DNA of 64,000 nucleotides from Candidatus Omnitrophota bacterium. Its GTDB lineage: Bacteria; Omnitrophota; Gorgyraeia; Duberdicusellales; Duberdicusellaceae. A program made the translations under genes and the position numbers. Of this stretch, positions 58,101 through 64,000 are shown one piece after another (position 1 is the first letter of the stretch; every line of letters starts with the position of its first letter). The stretch lies in the NCBI GenBank assembly GCA_016932855.1, contig JAFGCB010000025.1, positions 118,987-182,986 of the forward strand, written 5' to 3'. The notes under the pieces were generated by a model. The model ran no database searches. It saw only the letters and a list, made by a program, of their open reading frames with translations, and was not told the DNA's origin.

Positions 58101-59114
58101 ATGGAGAAAATTTTCGTCCGATTTAAAACATTTATCGAAGAAAACAAACTCATACTCCCGGGAGAAAAACTTATTTTAGGAGTTTCAGGAGGCCCGGATT
58201 CGCTGTTTCTTTTTCACATGGCTCTTATGTTAAAAAACCACCAGAAAAACGAGTTCATAGTGGCGCATTTCAATCATCTTTTACGCAAAGAGGCTTCGCG
58301 GGAAGAGGAATACGTAAGATCTGTTTGTCAAAAAAACAATATTGCGCTCGTTAGCGAAAAAAAGGATGTCAGAAAATTGTTTAAAGGTGATTCGCTAGAG
58401 CAAACCGCGCGCAATTTGCGCTACGATTTTTTTCTTAAAACATCAAGGACTTATAAAATAAAAAAAGTTGTCCTTGCGCATCATAAAGACGACTTGATCG
58501 AGACAGTTCTTTTGCGGATGCTCAGAGGTTCCGGTCTTTCGGGCTTGCGAGGGATCCTGCCGATCTCAAAATACAAAAAGATTGTAGTGGTCCGGCCGCT
58601 TTTATTTCTTGAGAAAAAAGAAATAACCGCCTTTCTTACGGCTCGTGAGATAAAATACCTAGTGGACAAAAGTAATTTTCAGGAAGAATTCCTGCGGAAT
58701 AAAATACGGCTGAGGCTTCTGCCGGTCTTATCGAAGATTTCGAATTCCTACAAGGATAACCTTTATAATTTGGCAAAAAGCATTGGGTGGGACTACGATT
58801 TTATCCATAAACAGTCTTTGCTGGCCGTTCAAAGCGCGGTTTTGAAAGAATCTGCCAACATTTTCGAAATCAGCTTTGAAAAAATTGCCCATCTTCATAG
58901 ATCCTTATTGAACGGTTCTATCCGGATTTGCCTGGAGTGGACTAAAGGAAATTTAAGACGTGTTGATTCCAAGCATATAGATGAAATTATTGACTTAATT
59001 TTTGAGAGACCGGTTGGCTCAGTCGTGGACATCCCCGATCTTAAAATCACAAAAAAAGAAAAGTCCCTGGTTTTTCGTAAAATCGAGGCTAATTCAGGAC
59101 ATAAAACCATTTAA
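58101..59114 (+). CDS. tilS: tRNA(Ile)-lysidine synthetase
   Basis: VSGGPDS, HFNH.LR, ARNLRY, AHHKDD, RPLL, RNKIR. Confidence 0.95.
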   Translation: MEKIFVRFKTFIEENKLILPGEKLILGVSGGPDSLFLFHMALMLKNHQKNEFIVAHFNHLLRKEASREEEYVRSVCQKNNIALVSEKKDVRKLFKGDSLEQTARNLRYDFFLKTSRTYKIKKVVLAHHKDDLIETVLLRMLRGSGLSGLRGILPISKYKKIVVVRPLLFLEKKEITAFLTAREIKYLVDKSNFQEEFLRNKIRLRLLPVLSKISNSYKDNLYNLAKSIGWDYDFIHKQSLLAVQSAVLKESANIFEISFEKIAHLHRSLLNGSIRICLEWTKGNLRRVDSKHIDEIIDLIFERPVGSVVDIPDLKITKKEKSLVFRKIEANSGHKTI

Positions 59115-59119
59115 TTTAC

Positions 59120-59147
59120 TTGATTTTAATGCCTTTTAGGTTATAAT
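59120..59147 (+). promoter_or_regulatory. Sigma70-type promoter of ftsH
   Basis: TTGATT-N16-TATAAT ending 8 nt before the ATG. Confidence 0.55.
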
Positions 59148-59155
59148 TAACTATT

Positions 59156-61060
59156 ATGGCTGCCAAAAAATCTAGCGATAACAAAGGTAATCTTAAGCAA
59201 AATCAGCAGTTTCTTCGATCTCTTTTAATCTGGCTACTGGGGTTTTTTATAATAGTCCAGCTGATTGCTTTATTTTCCCAAGGGCTTAAAAATAAAGAGA
59301 CATTGTCATATAGCCAGTTTTACAATATTCTTAAAAATAACAACGAAAACCCTCTTATCTATTCAGTAAAAAAGACCGAAAATAAAATCGAAGGTCAGTT
59401 CTTGCCGATTGAACAAAATAAGTGGTTTCAAGTCTATGTTCCCGATGAAGATAAAGAACTTATTGAACTTCTTAAAAATAATGTGGAAAAATTTGAGGTT
59501 GAACCGCCCCAAACTTTCTGGGCCGGACTTTTTTATTCTTTGGCTCCGATTGTGCTTTTTATTTTCTTTTTGTGGTATTTTGCTTATCGGGGTTCAAAGC
59601 AGGTCGGCGGCAGTCTCTGGTCCTTTGGCAAAGTAAGAGGTAAGCTTATCGAGCAAGGCAAAACTAGAGTTACCTTTGAAGACGTTGCCGGGGTTGACGA
59701 GGCAAAAGAAGAGCTTAAGGAAGTTATCGAATTCCTAAAAGACCCTAAGCGTTTCCAGCGTCTGGGCGGAAAAATACCCAAAGGCGTATTATTGGTAGGG
59801 CCGCCTGGCTGTGGAAAAACTTTAATCGCTAAGGCAGTAGCCGGGGAGGCCGACGTTCCGTTTTTTAGTATAAGCGGCTCTGATTTCGTCGAGCTTTTCG
59901 TCGGCGTGGGTGCTTCGCGAGTAAGGGATCTTTTTGACCAGGCAAAAAAAGCGGCAAAAATTTCCACCAAGGGATGCATCGTGTTCATTGATGAAATAGA
60001 TGCTGTCGGCCGGCAGCGTTTCGCCGGCATCGGCGGCGGGCATGATGAACGCGAGCAGACATTAAACCAGCTCCTTGTCGATATGGACGGTTTCGCCCCT
60101 AATGAAGGGATAATTGTCATGGCGGCCACAAACAGACCTGATGTGCTGGATCCCGCTCTGTTACGGCCGGGACGCTTTGACAGGCATATCGTAATCGACA
60201 GGCCTGATATAAAAGGCCGCGAAGAAATCCTGAAGGTTCATACAAAAACGATAAAGTTAGATCAAGACGTCAACCTAAATTCCATTGCCCGTCAAACCCC
60301 TGGTTTTTCCGGGGCGGATTTAGCCAATCTTTGCAATGAAGGAGCCTTGCTTGCTGCCAGGAAAAATAAAGATACGGTAACCAGGGAAGAAGTCGAAGAG
60401 TCAATAGAGCGTGTTATGGCCGGACCGCAGAGAAAAAGCCGGATTATTTCAAAAAAGGAAAAAGAAATCGTGTCAATACATGAATCCGGTCACGCGCTTT
60501 TGTCGGTAGTCCTTTCTGATGTCGACCCTCTTCATAAAGTATCGATTATACCCCGGGGAGTAGGCGCTTTAGGCTATACCATGCAATTACCGCTTCAAGA
60601 CCGATATTTGTTGACCGAGCAGGAACTCTTTTCCCGGATCTGCGTTCTTTTGGCTGGCAGAGTTTCTGAAATTCTTGTTTTGGGAGAAATTTCTACCGGC
60701 GCGGAAAACGATTTAAGGATTGCGACTGATCTTGCCAGGAAAATGGTTACTGATTTTGGAATGAGCAAGCGGCTTGGGAGCCTGACTTTGGGAAAAAGAG
60801 ACGGCCCGGTATTTTTAGGCAAGGACCTGATTGACCAGAAAGATTACAGCGAAGAGACGGCTCGGATAATCGATGAAGAACTCAAAAGGATAATCGACGA
60901 AGCTTACAGTAAATCTGAAAATATTGTCAAAGACAATCTCGGAAAATTGAAGCTTTTAGCAGCTGCTCTGCTTGAAAAAGAAATACTGGATGCCGAAGAA
61001 GTGAAGAAAATCTTGGGATTCGAAAACAAAAACGATGATAATGCAAGCCCGCCTTCTTAA
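59156..61060 (+). CDS. ftsH: ATP-dependent metalloprotease FtsH
   Basis: Two [29 protein letters not shown]. Confidence 0.98.
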   Translation: MAAKKSSDNKGNLKQNQQFLRSLLIWLLGFFIIVQLIALFSQGLKNKETLSYSQFYNILKNNNENPLIYSVKKTENKIEGQFLPIEQNKWFQVYVPDEDKELIELLKNNVEKFEVEPPQTFWAGLFYSLAPIVLFIFFLWYFAYRGSKQVGGSLWSFGKVRGKLIEQGKTRVTFEDVAGVDEAKEELKEVIEFLKDPKRFQRLGGKIPKGVLLVGPPGCGKTLIAKAVAGEADVPFFSISGSDFVELFVGVGASRVRDLFDQAKKAAKISTKGCIVFIDEIDAVGRQRFAGIGGGHDEREQTLNQLLVDMDGFAPNEGIIVMAATNRPDVLDPALLRPGRFDRHIVIDRPDIKGREEILKVHTKTIKLDQDVNLNSIARQTPGFSGADLANLCNEGALLAARKNKDTVTREEVEESIERVMAGPQRKSRIISKKEKEIVSIHESGHALLSVVLSDVDPLHKVSIIPRGVGALGYTMQLPLQDRYLLTEQELFSRICVLLAGRVSEILVLGEISTGAENDLRIATDLARKMVTDFGMSKRLGSLTLGKRDGPVFLGKDLIDQKDYSEETARIIDEELKRIIDEAYSKSENIVKDNLGKLKLLAAALLEKEILDAEEVKKILGFENKNDDNASPPS

Positions 61061-62258
61061 TCAATCACATCAGCAAAATTTAGGCGATTTAATGCATGAT
61101 ATCGGGGTTGATAAATACGGAATCCGAATCATGCAACCTAAAGCAAATTTACGGGTTATTTATTTAGACAATATCGCCTCTTTTTCGGCAAATATTTTGA
61201 AGCAGGAAACTCTATCCCTGGGAGCGGATCTGGCCATACCCAGAGAGGCATTATTTACAAAAAAGCCAGTTCAATGCCTTTTATTTGCCACTGATTCCCA
61301 AATCGACAAATTACTTAAAAAAATTAAAAAGCAACCTTATTCTCTGCGTGAACTCGGCAGTTTAATAAAGGAATGTCTTGAAAATTCTAAACGCCGAAAA
61401 TTTCTAATTCAGGCCCGAGAACGTAAGCTAACCATTAATAAGCCCCTGATTATGGGCATACTTAATGTAACTTCCGATTCGTTCAGCGGAGACGGGCTTC
61501 TTAAGGCGCAAGACAAAAAACTTGCAATAAAGGACCTGGTTTTGAAAAGGGCGGATGAAATGATCCGTGAAGGAGCCGATTGGATTGATGTAGGCGGTGA
61601 ATCCACAAGGCCAGGAGCAAAGCCTCTGAAGCTAAAAGACGAACTGGCACGTGCAATCCCGGCCATAAAAACCATCAAAAAATATTTTCCTAAGATACCT
61701 ATTTCCATCGATACTTATAAGCCGGATGTGGCCAAAGAAGCGTTAGAGGAAGGCGCCTGCATTGTTAATGATATCACCGCTTTGCGAAGTGACCGTCTTG
61801 CGAAAACAGTCGCCAGAAAGAAAGCCGCGGTAATCCTTATGCATATGAAGGCAACTCCGTTAACTATGCAGCAAAAACCTTTCTATAACGATGTTTTAGC
61901 TGAGATTTATGGATTTTTGGATAAAGCTATCAGGCGCGCCGCTTCGTTCGGGATCGAAAAAGAGAAAACTATAATTGATGTAGGCATAGGCTTCGGCAAG
62001 CGCCTTGAGGATAACCTAAGACTAATGCGTTACCTTTACGAATTTAAAAGCTTAGGCAGGCCTATTCTAATCGGCACTTCCCGTAAGTCATTTATCGGCC
62101 AATTATTAAATAAAGCCAATCCCCAAGATCGGCTTATCGGTACAATCACAAGCATAGCAATAGGGATAATAAACGGGGCGAAAATCCTGCGAGTCCACGA
62201 TATACGCCAGGCTAAAGAAGCCGTTAAAATAGCCGATTCTATCATGTCGTTATGTTAG
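61035..62258 (+). CDS. folP: Dihydropteroate synthase with N-terminal extension
   Basis: MGILNVT.DSFS, GGESTRPG, SIDT, GIGFGK, SRKSF, RVHD. Confidence 0.93.
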   Translation: MIMQARLLNQSHQQNLGDLMHDIGVDKYGIRIMQPKANLRVIYLDNIASFSANILKQETLSLGADLAIPREALFTKKPVQCLLFATDSQIDKLLKKIKKQPYSLRELGSLIKECLENSKRRKFLIQARERKLTINKPLIMGILNVTSDSFSGDGLLKAQDKKLAIKDLVLKRADEMIREGADWIDVGGESTRPGAKPLKLKDELARAIPAIKTIKKYFPKIPISIDTYKPDVAKEALEEGACIVNDITALRSDRLAKTVARKKAAVILMHMKATPLTMQQKPFYNDVLAEIYGFLDKAIRRAASFGIEKEKTIIDVGIGFGKRLEDNLRLMRYLYEFKSLGRPILIGTSRKSFIGQLLNKANPQDRLIGTITSIAIGIINGAKILRVHDIRQAKEAVKIADSIMSLC

Positions 62259-63028
62259 AGGAATTGTTTTCGAAGATAACTTTAAATTGGCGGATCATTC
62301 TTGAAATAACCATTCTTTGGTTTGTTTTCTACAGAGTTTTACTCTTTTTAAAAGATACTAAGGCCGTATATGTAATACGCGGCATCTTTATTTTGATAGT
62401 CGCTTTTTTTGTTTTTCAAAAACTTAAGTTAAACAGTTTAAATTGGATACTTACTAAGATTTTTGCTCTTTCGGTAATCTCTTTAATGATTATTTTCCAG
62501 CCCGAGCTACGCCAGGGTCTTACCCGATTAGGTCAACAGCCTTTGCTCTATGCCGGTTTTCAAGAAGAAGAGATTGAAAACATCGTAAAGGAGGTAAGCT
62601 CCGCTGTAAGCATATTAGCGAAAAAAAGGGTCGGGGCACTGCTCGCGATTCAGCGCCAGATCGGACTTAAGAACTATGTGGAAAGCGGCGTACCCCTGGA
62701 CGCTCAAATTTCCTCTGAATTCATACAGTCGATATTCATGCCGGATTCTCCGCTTCATGATGGAGGACTGATTTTGGTCGGAGAGAGGATTGCCGCGGCA
62801 GCCTGCTTATTTCCCTTATCAGAAAATCCCGACATTGACAAAGCCTTAGGAATGCGGCATAGAGCGGGAATAGGCTTGTCTGAAGAAACCGACGCTTTGG
62901 TAATAATTGTTTCCGAGGAACGTTCTAATATTTCCCTGGCAATAAACGGCAGAATTACCCCGGATTTAAAAAAAGAGGATTTAATCACCATCCTTAAAGG
63001 CTTGCTTAAGAAGGGGCGAAAAAGATAA
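62252..63028 (+). CDS. cdaA: Diadenylate cyclase CdaA
   Basis: Three TM, FQPELR, PLHDGG, GMRHRA, VSEE. Confidence 0.93.
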   Translation: MLEELFSKITLNWRIILEITILWFVFYRVLLFLKDTKAVYVIRGIFILIVAFFVFQKLKLNSLNWILTKIFALSVISLMIIFQPELRQGLTRLGQQPLLYAGFQEEEIENIVKEVSSAVSILAKKRVGALLAIQRQIGLKNYVESGVPLDAQISSEFIQSIFMPDSPLHDGGLILVGERIAAAACLFPLSENPDIDKALGMRHRAGIGLSEETDALVIIVSEERSNISLAINGRITPDLKKEDLITILKGLLKKGRKR

Positions 63029-63030
63029 CA

Positions 63031-63144
63031 ATGAAATTAGTCTTTCTTATATCTAACATTTGGCTTAAGCTTGTATCACTTATCTTGGCAATCTTAACCT
63101 GGCTTTATGTTAACGGCGAGATTTCCAAGATAATTAAACCTTAA
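63031..63144 (+). CDS. 37-aa CdaR-like membrane peptide (not in ORF track)
   Basis: MKLVFLISNIWLKLVSLILAILTWLYVNGEISKIIKP*; resembles the CdaR/YbbR N-terminal anchor; starts 2 nt after the cdaA stop. Confidence 0.65.
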   Translation: MKLVFLISNIWLKLVSLILAILTWLYVNGEISKIIKP

Positions 63145-63182
63145 AGCTTAGCAGTTTTTCAAAATCCCTTCTTACATTTGAA

Positions 63183-63896
63183 ATGAAATTAGGAATAAAC
63201 GTTGATCATGTCGCAACACTGCGGGAGGCCCGCAAAATCGTCGATTACCCTTCGCCTTTTAAGGCGGCGCTGACGGCACAGAAATCCGGAGCCGATTCTG
63301 TTGTCATCCACCTAAGAGAGGACAGGCGTCATATAAAAGATACGGACGCCATCTTGATCAAAAAAAAGCTTAAAATCAGCTTGAATCTGGAAATGTCGGT
63401 AAATCCCGAAATAGTTGATATCGCCACAAGACTCAAGCCTGATAAAGCGACTATAGTTCCGGAAAGACGTCAGGAGATAACTACCGAAGGTGGCTTTGAT
63501 TTATTCAAGGAAGAAAAAAAGCTAGTGAAGGCCTTAAAGAAGTTACGAAAATCCGGAATTTCCGTAAGTGTTTTTATCGACCCTTTGTCTTCCCAAATAA
63601 AGAAAGCCAAAGACTTAAGTATAGACGCCATCGAACTTCATACCGGAAAATTCTGCGAGGCGAAAACCGAAAAAAGCCGCAAGTATCAGTTTCAAAGAAT
63701 TTATCGCGCGGCAAAGCTCGCCCATGATCTTGGATTATTTGTGGCGGCTGGGCACGGCCTTAATTACAAAAACGTAAAGAAAATTGCCGGAATAAAATAT
63801 ATTAACGAGCTTAATATCGGTCACAGCATTATTTCTGAGTCTGTTTTCCTGGGATTGCCGGAAGCGATAAAAGCGATGCGGCGTCTCATCAACTAA
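63183..63896 (+). CDS. pdxJ: Pyridoxine 5'-phosphate synthase
   Basis: LGINVDHVATLR, HLREDRRHI, PERRQEITTEGG, AGHGL, NIGHSI. Confidence 0.97.
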   Translation: MKLGINVDHVATLREARKIVDYPSPFKAALTAQKSGADSVVIHLREDRRHIKDTDAILIKKKLKISLNLEMSVNPEIVDIATRLKPDKATIVPERRQEITTEGGFDLFKEEKKLVKALKKLRKSGISVSVFIDPLSSQIKKAKDLSIDAIELHTGKFCEAKTEKSRKYQFQRIYRAAKLAHDLGLFVAAGHGLNYKNVKKIAGIKYINELNIGHSIISESVFLGLPEAIKAMRRLIN

Positions 63897-63952
63897 GAAG
63901 ACGCATTAATCAAGGTATGACAAAAACACAAAATTTCCTTATTAGATACCAA

Positions 63953-64000
63953 AAACTAACCGCTAATCGCTATACGCTAAACGCTATACGCTAAACGCTA
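63953..64000. repeat. 7-bp tandem repeat ACGCTA(A/T), running off the window edge
   Basis: aaactaa ccgctaa tcgctat acgctaa acgctat acgctaa acgcta. Confidence 0.85.

Noticed and set aside
61035-61420. FolP N-terminal extension as a novelty
   Set aside because: Similar long-form DHPS proteins are known in other bacteria; not distinctive enough
637-62991. Many 60-180 aa ORFs antisense to or nested in recognised genes (e.g. 637-1077, 41451-41888, 48889-49329, 59584-60129)
   Set aside because: Shadows of well-supported genes; no motifs of their own
63917-63994. 25-aa ORF MTKTQNFLIRYQKLTANRYTLNAIR
   Set aside because: Half is translated 7-mer repeat, and the SD is weak; no support as a gene or leader peptide

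Overview
Bacterial chromosome segment, gene-dense, standard genetic code, mostly + strand housekeeping operons. Contents in order: the end of the ribosomal superoperon (map-infA-rpmJ-rpsMKD-rpoA-rplQ); a leuC-like/pilT/leuD-like/icd/mdh block; aromatic and His genes; lepAB, pgsA, plsY, recA-degP-recX-alaS, rpsP-yajC-secDF, a shortened mfd, surA-pdxA-rsmA, gatCAB, ctpA, tsaD, larBC and tRNA-Met. An accessory signalling region (about 44.4-55.9 kb) follows, then gcvH-lipoate ligase-lipA-tilS-ftsH-folP-cdaA-pdxJ. Gene order and content resemble Candidatus Omnitrophota (inference only). Best candidate for an undescribed system: a bactofilin fused to an Xis/MerR-like HTH, followed by a second HTH protein with a C-terminal membrane anchor, with 8-bp tandem repeats between the genes (41533-42392). 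Other leads: a 1.6-kb integrase-less insert bounded by a duplicated tRNA-Met 3' half, a REC-GGDEF-MshEN fusion, a 37-aa mini-CdaR, a minimal Mfd, a his cluster lacking hisH/hisF, and many intergenic 7-10-bp-period repeats. No CRISPR array, integrase, transposase or rRNA was seen. All calls come from reading motifs by eye; no searches were run.
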